Below are positions 31,955 through 46,906 of a stretch of DNA of 64,000 bases, piece after piece; position 1 is the stretch's first letter, and each line of letters starts with the position of its first letter. Origin of the DNA: the human T2T-CHM13v2.0 reference genome, Homo sapiens. The stretch is taken from the NCBI RefSeq assembly GCF_009914755.1, contig NC_060934.1. One strand, given 5' to 3'. The notes under the pieces are model-generated. The model worked only from the letters and a program-made list of their open reading frames with translations. It did not search any database and had not been told where the DNA came from. The position numbers were made by a program, and so were the translations under genes.

Positions 31955-34462
31955 CAGATGGTCTGTGTAAGTTGTGAAAGGATTTATGAAAGTGATTTTA
32001 TGCAAGAAATGTTGTACAATTCACGGATTGTTAGGCCTCCTAAATGCTTCATACAATGCCCTATGACTCTTACTGTACAACTTGCCTGCTTAAGTAAGGG
32101 TGAGCCCTGTGGACATGTGGAGTTAGCTATGCCCTCTAGCTATGCTAGAGAGTCAGCTGTTATCTGCACTTCTGCCTGTTGTGTCCTAGGCTAGGCTCCA
32201 CACCTAGTACACAATTAAAATCTCTTACTTACCAAGGTTTTCACCAAAAATAAAAGTTGCAAAAAGTTAACATTATAACATGTAATTAAAACTACTAAAG
32301 AAACAGTTTTACATGCAAGGTGTGTAAAGAAAGTAAAATGTGTTTTTGGTGAAAGATTATAAGAAGTAATGGGAATGTGGATTTTTCTCTGCCTACATTT
32401 AAGTGTTAAAGGATTGCTTTAAGTAAAAAAAAAACTAAAGGTTTAAATAAGTTGTGGAAGCTTTATAAAAATTAATTGTAAGAGATTCTGTATGTGAACA
32501 TACTGGCTAAAGTTACAGGGGTATTATTCAGTTTTTCGATAAATTAAACATTGGAATAAAAGCACAACAGGTTTTTCTTAGAGTTGATCTGCTCTTTCAC
32601 ACACACACACACACACACAATTGTAAAGGGTTATACGAGGTTTATAAGACTCTTACCTTATGGTTAACATTAAAATTGGGTAAATATGTCTATAAGGTTT
32701 TATTAAAAATTGGGTTTAACATTAATAGCACATTAATGTAAAGGTAAAATTTGGCTTATTTGCTATAAAAATCATATAGGAAGCATTGCCAAATATGAAA
32801 TGGTTTTTTGCTTTTTTTGGACTATATTTGCATAAATGTGTTATTGGTATATGTTACAAAGTTATGAGAAACTCTTATAATTCTAATATGACTTAGTGTA
32901 GATTATTAATAATTATAATTGTTATGTAAAATTTTGTGTGCCACATAGGTAACCAAGTTTCCTTATCAATTGTGGCTTTAATAGTGGCTATCCTAAAACT
33001 TTTTATCATCCACAATTGTTTTCTTGTTCTAATCCTCTTTAGAAGGTGGTTTATAATCAACTGTAGAACTCCAGCAGGTGTTCCCAAATGCAGGTTTCCA
33101 ATAACTTTGGAAATTGTAACATTAGAATAGAGGAAACAACTTTCAGAACCCTCATGTAGAGCTGGAATGTTCATGAATATCAGAGTCAAGGAAACTTTTC
33201 TTTTGAGCTATTTACAGCTTTTAGCAATTGAGTATACTTCTGTGAACAAAATTTGGAGTATATTTGTTTCTCTCTACCTGATTTTTCCAAAATTTGGAAA
33301 CTATTTGTGAGTATTCTTAATTTATGGCAATATAGTTATTTGCATACATGCAATAAGGATCTGTTTTCTTTTGTAGCAGAACACAATTGGATAAATTGGT
33401 TATTTCACCACGGCTTTAACTGGAATGGTGTGCTTTCCTTTAAGGAATCAAACTTGACTTGTAAAGCCAATAAAAGCCACTTGGAGAATTGGCCTCAGAT
33501 CTTGTCTGCAACTGTCCCTGTAAAGGTAAGTAAAGAATGACCTGTGGTAAGTAAAGAATGTCACTTTCTGGCAGGTCCAGGAGTCCTAAGTTATCTTGGG
33601 ACCTCAAGAGAACAGGAATTTACTCAACTCATAGATATTTGAGGATACAAACACATGGCCGAGCTTGGCTTTACAAAGTCTTGTCTAAGATTACTTCTAT
33701 AGAGCAGAGTTCCATCAAAGCTAATTTAAAAAGAGCCTATGTGAAAAATAATTATTTTTGTTGCACTTTATACAAATAATCAGGCCAAGTATAACAAAGC
33801 AAATCAGCCTTACCATGATTTGTCTTTAGTAAAAATGAGAAACTGGAGAGAGAAATATTATGTTTCAAGTACTGTGGTATACTTGTTATTAAATTCTAGT
33901 CTCATTAGTTGTTTTTAAGTTCGTTTCTGCAATTTAGGCTAACCCTGCTTATTCCTGTGAACCAACCAATGATCTCTGACTGCTGCTCAGAATAAACAAA
34001 AGGGATGGGTAATGTAAAAATCTGGATCAGTATTCTAATTCCGGGCACATCACATTCAGCTAATAACCCCATATCAGCTTAGTTCCAACAGCTGCCCAGT
34101 TCATGAAAAGCCTTCTAATTTAGCTTACTTGGAACAACTTTACTTATTTTGCTCTACCCTTGTGGAATATATTGCTGTTATACTCTTTGTGTAGGAATAC
34201 AGGACAAGCTTACTAAATGTTTTCTTAAACACGTATTAATCTTCCAGATATCACCTTTTGTCAAAACTCAACAGTTATGAATGGACCTTACCATACTGAT
34301 GTTCTCTGACTGAACTCCTCTCTACCCTGAATGCAAGAGACCCTCATAGTTAGGCAGGAATATCATCGCCCCTATTCAGCCTGAAAAAGTTACAAAAGAT
34401 GGATCTTCGTCCCTCTGCAACCCTTAGGATTAAGGGTTCTCTTATAAAAGACAAGGGGGAAA
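31955..34462 (+). mobile_element. MER41/MER4-group ERV1 internal sequence, 5' truncated, non-coding
   Basis: AT-rich MER4-group internal sequence ending in the polypurine tract aaaagacaagggggaaa just before the LTR. Confidence 0.7.
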
Positions 34463-34948
34463 TGTCAGAGGCATGTGAACAAGAGCAACTCCATCTTAAA
34501 TAGGAGCTGGGCAAAACGAGGCTGAAACCTACTGGGCTGCATTTCCAGATGGTTAGGCATTCTAAGTCACAGGATGAAATAGGAGGTCAGCACAAAATAC
34601 AGGTCATAAAGACCTTGCTGATAAAATAATTTGCAGTAAAGGAGCCGGCCAAAACCCACCAAAACCAAAATGGCGACGAGAGTGACCTCTGGTCATCCTC
34701 ACTGCTACACTCTCACCAGCTTCATGACAGTTTACAAATGCCATGGCAACATCAGGAAGTTACCCTAGATGGTCTAAAAAGGGGAGGCATGAGTAATCCA
34801 CTCCTTGTTTAGTATATCATCTTTTATTCCTTTACTTTCTTAATAAACTTGCTTTCACTTTGCACTGCGGAGTCACCCTGAATTCGTTCTTGCGTGAGAT
34901 CCAAGAACCCTCTCTTGGGGTCTGGATCAGGACCCCTTTCCTATAACA
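34463..34948 (+). mobile_element. MER41A LTR (3' LTR)
   Basis: tgtcagaggc..gaac..gagcaactccatctt start; aaggggaggcatga junction lacks the MER41B GAS segment; ends ..taaca. Confidence 0.8.
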
Positions 34949-35035
34949 ACATCATTATGCAAATAGAATTATAGATTGAAATAAGAAGAAAAGAAACATG
35001 ATAGTATGAATGCTTATGTTAGGATCCTCGCCTAG

Positions 35036-36114
35036 TGACAAAGATTCTCTGCCTGGTCAAACTTTCGTCAGGCTACTGAGCCTTTCCCTAGGCTTGTCTG
35101 CGCCCTTCCTTGTAAGATCCGGTTTTAGCAAAGAACACTGCTAAGTCAGTTTGGCAACACTGCTAAGTCAGTCAGTCAGTGTCCTCAGTGTCTGATCACC
35201 CTCCATATCTGATCAGGTTCCTCATTCTCTACCGTCCCCCAGGTGATGTCTGATTACCTTGGCCTATGTGAACCCAAAATATCTGAGACAGGTCTCAATC
35301 AATTTAGAAAGTTTATTTTGCTAAGATTAAGAACATGCCCATGACACAGCCTCAGGAGGTCCTGACATGTGCCCATGGTGGTCGGGGCACAGCTTGGTTG
35401 TGTACATTTTAGGGAGACATGAGACATCCTACACAATATGTTTAAGATGTACATTGGTTCACTCAGGTCATAGGGAGATAAGAGATAAAAGATTGCATTC
35501 CTTTGAGTCTCTGATTAGCTTTTCACTGAATACAACAATTTACATATGAGAGGAGGGTAGAGGAATAGTCACTTATGCCTAAGTCTGGCTTAGTGAAACA
35601 ACAGGGCAGAGAAAGCCATCAGATATACAGTTGTCTCTTGTGACCAGAGGGACAACTTTGAGTTTTGTCTGTCCTTTGTCCACAAGGAATTTCCTTGTGG
35701 GAAAATTATGAGGGAGGTATGTAGCTTTTTTTATATTTGTAGCTATCTTATGTGGGAATAAAATGGGAGGCAGATTTGCCTGACACAGTTCCCAGCTTGA
35801 CTTTCCCTTTGGCTTAGTGATTTGAGGGCCCCAAGATTTATTTTCCTTTCATACCTGTCTTCAGCAAGAAGCCCATTAGGTCAATTTAGCCAGAATCCTC
35901 CATCAGCCCTGATGGTTTCTTATAGTAATTTTCCATCCACTGACCCCCACCCTGCTCCTTGGCTATAAATTCCCACTTGCCCATGCTATATTTAGAGTTG
36001 AGCTCTGTACTCAAACTTCCATTGTCATGGTTCCTATACCTTTCATGATGGTCCTGAGTAAAGGTGGCCTTACCGTGCTTTAGCAAGTACCGTTGAATAA
36101 TTCGTTCTTTAACA
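35036..36114 (+). mobile_element. MER67-like ERV1 LTR, interrupted by MER4A
   Basis: tgacaaagattctct...caaacttt..gtcaggct start; ends ttctttaaca. Confidence 0.6.
35267..35853 (-). mobile_element. MER4A-type LTR nested in MER67
   Basis: Reverse complement begins t(a)tgaaaggaaaataaatcttggggcc..aaatcactaagccaaaggg. Confidence 0.7.
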
Positions 36115-36400
36115 CGAGCTGAATGGGCAGTGTTAGGGATGGTCTCTGTGTGCATGCACCGCTTTCACTGAGGGTCAAACCATGAGGAGTGATTGCTGGA
36201 TGGGGGTGGGATGGGCTGAGGATAATTTTTATAAAGACACTAAGGCAGGGCCACAGATTGGATGAACTGGGAAGGGCAGTGTGATTGGTGCAGAGGGAGA
36301 TAAGAAGAAAATACTTAAGATGAGGCTAGTGAAGGAACCAATGGCCAGGTGAAGGACAAGTTGAAAGTTCTGGCCTTTATCCTAAGAGCCATGAAAAGAC

Positions 36401-37342
36401 TATTGGGGCTTAGAGCCCAGGAGTTCAAGACCAGCCTAGGTAACATAGTGAGACTTCATTTCTACTAAAAATACAAAAATTAGATGGGCATGGTGGCATG
36501 TGCATATAGTCCCAGCTGTTTGGGAGGCTGAGGCAGGAGGATCAGTTGAGCCTTGGTAGGTCGAGGCTGCAGTAATTCATGATCTCACCACTGCACTCCA
36601 GCCTGGGTGACAGAGTGAGACCCTATCTCAAAAAAATAAATAAATAAGTAAATAAAAGTATAATGCTTTGGCATGCTGAATACTTTGAATTAAAGAAGAC
36701 TGGAAGGCCTCAGAAGCAAAGTTTCTCTCCGACCTTTTTCTGTTTTCCTGTCTCCTGCCCCTGTTTCTCCCCCAAAGCAAGTCATAGACACCAGAATTCC
36801 TCTTCCCCAAGGTGGGTCATAGAAACTATTAATATATATATTGTATATATTATAGAACCCCCTCCCTCAAAGCAAGGCATAAAAACCTGGAAATATTACT
36901 CTAACCTTCCCCTGCCTTTATTTGTAGGAACTGGCCATAAAGAAATTCTCTAGCCTACCTGTCTAATGTAGATCATAAGCATCTTATTCCAGAGGGGTCC
37001 TGCTCTGTACCCAGCAGGAAGGAATCCTACTCGGAGAGGCCACAAAGAATGTAAATAGATGGGCCTTGCTGGGTTCCCCTTTCAGTCTGTTACCATTAGA
37101 TCATACCCTTTTTGTCCAATCACATTTCTACACAGCTGTCCGTTCTTCATGGAGCCTAAACATAAAAATACTTTTCCCTGGGTCTTTGAGTCTTTATTTC
37201 TGAAGGCTCCTGTGTCGTGTAAAACTTTGATTTAACAAATTTGTCATGCTTTTCTCTGGTTAGTCTGTCTTTTGTTATAGGAGTGTCGGCTATAACCCTT
37301 ATGATAGATGAGGAAAGGTATCACACCTTCTCCTCCCCTATA
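36401..37342 (+). mobile_element. MER39/MER34-like solo LTR containing a 5'-truncated Alu (36413-36655), inserted in L2
   Basis: 4-bp TSD agac; L2-like sequence continues across the insertion. Confidence 0.65.
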
Positions 37343-37508
37343 AGACATTAAGGGGTTTTCAGCAGGGGAGTGACAGGATCAGGTCTATGCTTTTAAAAGA
37401 TCATTTGGCTGCAGGATTATCAATTGGTTGGGGTGGGAGAACAGGGAGAATTGAAATAGGCAGATCAGTCGGGAGTCTATTCCATTCTCCTAACAAGTGG
37501 AGCCAATG

Positions 37509-37692
37509 CAGGATTTCTCAAATTCAGCACTATCGGTATTCTGGGCTAGATTTGGCGATTGTTGGTAGAGTCCTGTGCATTGCAGGGTGTTTAGCAATGT
37601 AGCACCTCTGCAGTTTTGACAACCAAAAATGTCTATGCACATTGTCAAATGTCCCCTGGATAGCACAATCACTCCCCAGTTGAAAACCACTG
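37509..37692 (+). mobile_element. MER20 hAT element
   Basis: caggatttctcaa...gacaaccaaaaatgtc...gttgaaaaccactg. Confidence 0.75.
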
Positions 37693-39522
37693 GTAAGTCA
37701 GTGTATTAAAAAGTTATTTTAAAAGGTAAAAATCTATAGGATTTGGTGATGGATTGATAAAAAGAGGAAAGGGAGAAAGGAGAGTCAAGGATGTTCCTAG
37801 ATTTCTAATTACCACAGAGATGGTGGTGCTCTTCACTGAGACGGGGTGAGGAGGAAATGGAGACACGTGTTTCTATGCAGAAATGTGAGTGCCAGACACA
37901 CACCATGCTTAGTTCTTAAAAACTCATAAAACTGACTGACAAAATCTCAAGTTGCAGAGTCCCAGGGAGAAGTGGCAAGGAGGAAAAGTCAAACTTTCTC
38001 TTGCCACCCCTGATGACTTTGCTTATTTGTGTTTTGACCAAGCCCTCTCCACCCCACCCTCATACCTTTAACCACAACTAAGAAAGAAAGGCCACTCATC
38101 CTTCTGCAACCAGGCCCGGTGTGGGGGTCAGGGAATCTCCTGAATATCAACTATGGGTATCCCCAGAAACCCAGCTAGAGACCTCCCTTAATTTTAAAGC
38201 CAACCCTAGAGCAGAATGTGAGGAGGCCAGTCTTGCCCTGCTCCCAAAGTAAGTGACTGGCAGAGGATGAAAGGTAGGCAGGAAATATAGACTTCGGGAA
38301 AGAGATGCTGGCCTGGAATCAGCAGTGACCCTGGGAAGCTGAACTTACCCTGTGTTACAGCAAAAGAGGAACTGAATGGAATCAAATTGAAAAGGCAGTC
38401 TTGTGTGTATCTTACTCTTGAAATCTTGGTGTTATGGTTTAGATGGAAAGGGAGGTCTCTGGCTGAGTTTCTGGGGATACCAGAATGTTCTGATATGCAA
38501 GAGATTACCTGACCCCTACACCGTGCCAGATTACAGAAGGATGAGTGGTCTTTCTTTCTTATTCTGGAAGGGGAAATGCAGATCATCCCAGAGAATGGAC
38601 TGGGAAGGATAAGTTAGGAAAATCGGTTCCAGTTCTCACATTGAAAGATTTATGGGTATTAGAAACAAAATCTAAGACACACAAGTTTTTCTCTAATCAG
38701 TGACCCAGTGAGCAGTCCTGGGCTTCCTAAAGTAATAACCAGTGTGTTCCATCATTTTTAGGAAGGGCTCAACTCCCCTAAACTGGCCTTGCCCCTCCCA
38801 ATCTTCTCTTCCCTGGCAAATCTCCACCTTGCCACCAACAGCCTAGTCCTTGACAGAATACGCCTAATCCTCAGTGTGAGGTTTTATACTTTTGTAGAAC
38901 TCAGCTTGTATTAAAGGCTAAAAGAGCAGTGGTTAATTCAAGTTCATGGAGCAAGCCCTAAAACCAAACTAGTCCACAGCCAGTCACAGAACAAAAAAAT
39001 CCTTATTTCCCACTAAGGGATCATTTCAGTCCTGGCTTCTGTAGGGTTCCAGCCAAATTCCAAGATAATCTGCAAGATGAAATTTCACTAAGTTTTTCAC
39101 CCATTAATTAAGTTTTCTATGACCATTTAAACATGGGAAAAAAATCATACAGCATACTAGAACTTATTTTATTAAGTAGATGAGTAAGTGGTTTCCTGTT
39201 TATCAGCTAATTATTTGCTTTTTGTGAAATGCACCTTGTTTATGCAAAAAGTCAAAAAAATAAGTTGGCATTGTTTCTCTGTGTAAAAAGAAATGTAAAT
39301 AATGAATGTTTTTAAAATAAAGGAATAATCTGCTGTGATAGAGAGTATCTAGTTATTCTATGGCAATTGACCCCTTTTATAGCAGCGATGACCACAATTT
39401 ACTAAGCAGCTATTACGTGTTTGGAGCTCCATAGATTCTGAATGCTCCCACCAACTATGCTACATAGGAACCTGTGGCTCAGAGAGATGAGTGAGACTCA
39501 AGATTACACATTTAGTTAGTAG

Positions 39523-39771
<249 letters not shown>

Positions 39772-40924
39772 TAATAATAGCTAACTTATATTAAGCCACT
39801 CCTCTGTGCCTGGCATTGTACATCCTTATAAAACCTGTATTATTTAATCCTTATTGTAGAGACAGGAAAGATGAGTCTCAGAAAGTTAAGATTTTTTGCC
39901 CAACATCTCACAAGTTTCAAATGAACTTGAATTCAGGTAGTTAATTGTCTGAAAATAACTCTTCTTTCCAGCAGACTTGTAAATTTCAAAGTAAATTGGA
40001 CATTTAGTTTAAATTTTGCATTTTTCTGGAAAAAGAGAGGAAAAATAGGAAATCCTTCATAATTTCCAAAAGTTTTAGAATAAATAATATGGGAAGAGGC
40101 TACATTGTTATGGATATCCTGGGCCACTTAGTGAAAATGGCTGAATGTTATTATTTGGTGCGTTTAATCTACAAATTCAGACTTCATTTTCAAGCTTCAA
40201 ATATTTTCGAGATATCTGTGGAGTATAGCTTTATGACTAAATTTTGTGTCCCAAGATGCTTCCTTTACTCTTGATGCTGAAATAACTACACTAGGTTAAA
40301 TACAGAAAGGGTTTGTAGGTCAACATTCAGGAAAATAGCACACTGAACATGTGGTTTTAAATAATGTTTTAATGAAGAAGAATGAGAAGGTTATTTTGCA
40401 AGACAGAGGGGATTGTCACATTACGCTTACCTAGAATTCTAAGGCAAGAATATTAATGGAGACTCATAAATCATTTGTTCAATTATTTTCAAATTAGTTC
40501 TTAAAATTTAAAAGTCAAATACAAATTATAAGATTGAAAATTAAAAATTCAAATCAAAAATTTTTAAAGCAAATATTTTTAATTTAAATGAAATTTATTA
40601 CACATTTTTATATAAATTTGCAATTCTAATATTTATTATTTATCTAGTTGTCAAATAATTGGTATCAAGCTTCATACATGTTATATCTAGACCTACATAC
40701 CTACAGAAATGTAGGACTAATACATTTTTTTCTATATTGCAAAACATTCTTCAGCATCCATGTGCAGCTATTGCCAATACCACACTAACTCATGACAACC
40801 CCTGGAACCAAATGGAGTTGGAATCAAAGAGACACAAGAAAATAGTCACTTGATTGTACTGGGAAACAATACTTAATTATTCACAAAGCAATACTGAATG
40901 AATGAATACACTCATGCTCTCTGA

Positions 40925-41243
<319 letters not shown>

Positions 41244-41578
41244 AATATCTTTTATCTTATCCAAGCATTCCCACCCTCCCCATACTCCTTAAGTAGTTTC
41301 CATCTCTGATGTTGAAAGAGGCACAACACACAAACCTCACAGTGTCCAAACACAGTAGCCTTTTGTTTCAAGGACATGGGGCTAACGTGAAGTCATGTGG
41401 CAGATCTTCAGAGTCACATCATGCTGGGAGAGTGTTGAGAGGTGGATCCCACATGACAGTGGTGTAGGCCCTCTAAAGGGTGGGGCCCATGGCAGGGGCA
41501 CACCTTGTGGGGTCTATGGGTGGCACTATTTTTACTGGTGGAAGGTATTTGAGTTACGGGGGGCAAATCAGAACAGGT

Positions 41579-42500
<922 letters not shown>

Positions 42501-43076
42501 CTATGGTACATGTTTGAGAAACTAGTACTTACTGAAAGATAAAATAACATAGGAGGAAGACTTTGTAGGAGACAACAAAAGGGGAAGACAGTGGAATTTA
42601 TAAGAATGACAAAATACATTGCAGAGTAATATAAAGTAAGGAATTTACCCCCTTGAAGTACTTGGTTTGTGGTGGGCATGGGACTTCTGATATGTCTTGG
42701 AGCCTTGGATGCCAGGTAATTACCAGTTTTGCAGAACACTGACATCTATGGACTCTAACATGGACTCCATTTAAAGAACTCCAAGGACGATTAATAAACA
42801 AAAACACAAATCAATTTGCACTGTTGCCTAAATATCACCTAAAATAGCACGTTAGGAAAGCACCAAGTACCAAGTGTGTGAAGACATGGTCTGAAGAAGT
42901 GTCTGAAGACCATCATTCCACATTTCACATTGAATAATATCATGAAGACTTAAGATCCTCTTAAAAAGCTTCAAAGCTCATCTTTATTAATTTCTCACAA
43001 AAGTAAACCTCTTCCCAAAAGTATAAACTTAAAACTACTAATGTATCAATATATTCTATTTTGTGTCGTCTCATCG

Positions 43077-44489
43077 TGAGAGGTGACAGCGTGCTGGCAG
43101 CCCTCGCAGCCCTCGCTCGCTCTGGGCTCCTCCTCTGCCTGGGCACCCACTCTGGCGGTGCTTGAGGAGCCAGCCCTTCAGCCCGCCGCTGCACTGTGGG
43201 AGCCCTTTTCTGGGCTGGCCAAGGCCGGAGCGGGCTCCCTCAGCTTGCGGGGAGGTGTGGAGGGAGAGGCGTGGGCGGGAACCGGGGCTGCCCACGGTGC
43301 TTGCGGGCCAGCGCGAGTTCTGGGTGGGCGTGGGCTCGGCGGCCCTGCACTCGGAGCGGCCGGCTGGCCCCACCACCCCGGGCAGTAAGGGGCTTAGCAC
43401 CCAGGTCAGCAGCTGTGGAGGACGCACAGGGTCCCCCAGCAGTGCCAGCCCACTGGCGCTGCGCTCGATTTCTCGCTGGGCCTTAGCCACCTCCCCATGG
43501 GGCAGGGCTCCGGACCTGCAGCCCGCCATGCCTAAACCTCCCCACTCCGCCGTGGGCTCCTGTGCCACCCGAGCCTCCCCGACCAGCACTGCCCACTGCT
43601 CCAGGGCGCCCGGTCCCATCGACCACCCAAGGGCTGAGACCTGCCAGCGCACAGTGCAGGACTGGCAGGCAGCTCCACCTGCAGCCCCCTACGGGATGCA
43701 GGACTGGCAGGCAGCTCCACCTGCAGCCCTGTGCAGGATCCACTGGGTGAAGCCAGCTGGGCTCCTGAGTTTGGTAGGGACTTGGAGAATCTTTATGTCT
43801 AGCTAAGGGATTGTAAATACACCAATCAGCACTCTGTATCTAGCTCAAGGTTTGTAAATGCACCAATCAGTGCTCTGTGTCTAGCTAATCTAGTGGGGAC
43901 TTGGAGAACTTTTGTGTCTAGCTCAGGGATTATAAATGCACAAATCAGCACCCTGTCAAAACGGACCAATCAGCTCTCTGTAAAATGGACCAATCAGCAG
44001 GATGTGGGTGGGGCCAGATAAGGGAATAAAAGCAGGCTGCCTGAGCTAGCAGTGGCAACTTGCTCAGGTCCGTTTCTGTGGCGTGGAAGCCTTGTCTTTT
44101 CGCTCCTCGCAGTAAATCTTGCTGCTCCTTGCAGTAAATCTTGCTGCTGCTCGCCATTTGGGTCCACACTGCGTTTATGAGCTGTAACACTCACTGCAAA
44201 GGTCTGCAGCTTCACTTATGAAGGCAGCAAGACCATGAACCCAGCGGGAGGAACAAACGACTCCAGATGTGCGGCCTTAAGAGCTGTAACACTCATCGTG
44301 AAGGTCCGCAGCTTCACTCTTGAAGCCAGCGAGACAACGAACCCACCAGAAAGAACTCTGAACACATCGGAACATCAGAAGGAACAACTTCCAGACACGC
44401 CGCCTTTAAGAACTGTAACACTCACCGCAAGGGTCTATGGCTTCATTCTTGAAGTCAGTGAGACCAAGAATCCACCAATTCTGTACACA
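43077..44489 (+). mobile_element. LTR12C/E (ERV9) solo LTR
   Basis: tgagaggtgacagcgtgctggcag start; GC-rich U3; CCAATCAG tandem repeats; TSD atcg/attg. Confidence 0.9.
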
Positions 44490-44627
44490 ATTGGACTTCC
44501 CTTTAATTTTTTTGGCTTTTAGGGTTTTTCATATTGCTTGTGTTCCCTTAGACGGGAGACAAACAATACTTTCCAGAAAAATACATGTTTTGGGGCCTTT
44601 TTCACTAGTAAAAACCTGGCATAACAA

Positions 44628-45486
44628 TAAAACTAACTTTGCAAATATTATGACAGTGCAAGAAGTCCAGCATGGCTGACTGCATCTTGCTTCTAGCCTC
44701 ACAGGCTGCCTGTCCTCGCTCATTCCTGGGTGTAGGCTCAGCTAACCCCGGGAGGAATTTAGTTTATGGTTTAACTTTGAAGCAAGGATGGTAATAGTCT
44801 GTCCCTAAAACTGATCCCCTCATTATCTGGGGACTGAAACCACCTTTGTAAGACTAATGAAAAAGACACAAGATTAGGCGTGTGGGAGAGGCCTGAATTC
44901 TGCTAAAATGTAAGCATGGTGAAATGATAACCAACTATTGTTTTGTATAATCCCTGAGTATTAAAATGTAGGTGTAGTTAAGCAGTACTACCAGCAGTTA
45001 CTATTTCCTAGCTTGCTTTTCTATAATTTCTTACTGTTCAGGAGTCATGAAGTCAGAGGTCATAAGATTTGTAATTGCTTCTACAGTTGACATCACTATT
45101 GTCAAAACCTAAGACTGGTTTTTGAAATACTTTTCAGACTTCTGCATTCTGGTAACTAACTCCACCCAGACCCATGATTCGTATCAAGGAACTGACTCAA
45201 CTGGTGGTCCCCACCCAGAATTGATTCAGCACTTGGAGACAGTTTGGACACTCCTATGATTTCATCCCCAACCAATCAGCAGCACCCATTCTCTTAGTCT
45301 GCTACACACCAAATTATCCTTAAAAGCCCTAGCTTCTGAGCTCTCGTAGAGGCAGATTTGAGAATTATCTCCTGTCCTACCACTTATCTGGCCCTGTGAT
45401 GATTAAACTCCTCTACTGCAACACCACTGTCTCAGAGAATGGCTTTATCTGTGCAGCAGGCAAGATGAACCCATTAGGTGATTACA
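44628..45486 (+). mobile_element. LTR8-like ERV1 LTR
   Basis: ctttgcaaa..ttatgacagtg..ctgact.catcttgcttct..gggaggaatttagttta; ends gattaca. Confidence 0.65.
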
Positions 45487-46906
45487 GTAAGTTTAGAAGT
45501 AGGTGTTTTGTTGTATTCTATGACAAAAATTTGAGTTAACATAAGTGAGGATGAAGTGGTGAAAATATTTGAGTTCAGATTATACTCTCAGAGGCTACGT
45601 GGCATGGAGAAAAAAGCCCTCGACCTTAAAGTTCATGGTTCTTATTCTATCTCTGCCTTTTACTAGGTCTGTTATAACTGGAAAAGCCACTTAACCTCTC
45701 TGAATCTTAACTTCATCTGTAAAGTGGATCTGATATTTCCCTGTCTACCCTCACAGGATTGTGGTGAAGATCAGATAAAGTCATGTACATAAAAAAGGAC
45801 TTTCATAGAAAATGTACGATACAGTTATGTGGTCTTGTTACATAGTTGCAAGTCATTTCCCCTTAGCTGTTGAGTCTGGGAAGAAAAGTGGTTTACAGGC
45901 ACACTGAAACAATATGCCCTGTCTAGGCAGGATACATGGTAACAAGACTATGTTAGTTTTTTAAATTTTTTTTCTGAGTTCATAGAATACTATTGTGAGC
46001 TAATTCTCAGAAGGAAGGCTATAAATTTCCCTTAAATTGTTAATTAGCATTTATAACACACATTTGTGCTCTAGAGCAGTTCTGAGTTGGAACGTATTAG
46101 TGGTTGGTAAGATCTGCTTACTAAGTTGTAACCAACATGTCTTTAAAATGAACGGAACAAAAAAACTTCACAGTGCATCCCAATGGTAAGTGTAAATTCT
46201 GTTTTAGGGGTGTGTGTGTGTGTATGTATTTTTTATTGGACATTAAATAAAATACATTTTTTTCTTTAAAAATGTCAGTAAGTACTTTAGGGGGACTGTG
46301 AGGGAGACAAACTGTATTTAGTCAGCTCTAAGATCAACTGACAAGGAGGGAATAATTAAATAAATAACCAATTAAATTACAACAGAATCCTAAAATTTTT
46401 ATTTAACGCTTATTGAAAGAGCTCTTTTAAGCCCAGATTTTTATGATAAAAGAACTCTTAAGCTTATTTAGAAATGATTTTTATTCTATTTTACTCTTGT
46501 GCAAGTATAAAAAGGAAAATATAAGTTATATAAAGTATTCATTCAACTTTTAGAATCCAGCTCTTTTGAATAATTTTTAAAATCAGCATCATAGGCATTC
46601 ATTTCCCCAACTCATTCATCCCATAGCATTGTCCTCTGTGCCAAGAAGATCATTTAATTCCATAATGCAGCAAGAATGTTCTGTTATCTCTGGGATTTTC
46701 TTCCAAAGCCATTGACAGCTACCCTGCAAGTCCAAGCAAGAGCAATAACATCAGTGTCAAAACTGCTACACAGCCTGCTGTAATTTTAGATACACTTCCA
46801 TTTTTAGAGGTATTTAAACATGAAGAAATGTGAATCTTAGAATCCATGAGATATGGTAGCAGTCTTAACTGCTACCTGATCTCTCGATCAGACTTAGGTG
46901 TCAGAC

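Noticed and set aside
31955-34462. Possible gag/pol/env coding in the ERV internal region
   Set aside because: No long ORF or retroviral motif; consistent with a non-autonomous MER4-group internal sequence.
43071-43806. Long ORFs (193 aa and 214 aa) on both strands
   Set aside because: They lie in the GC-rich U3 of LTR12C, where stop codons are rare by composition, and resemble no protein I recognise.
43790-44000. Spaced CCAATCAGC repeats resembling a CRISPR-like array
   Set aside because: These are the standard LTR12 enhancer repeats in a human genome.
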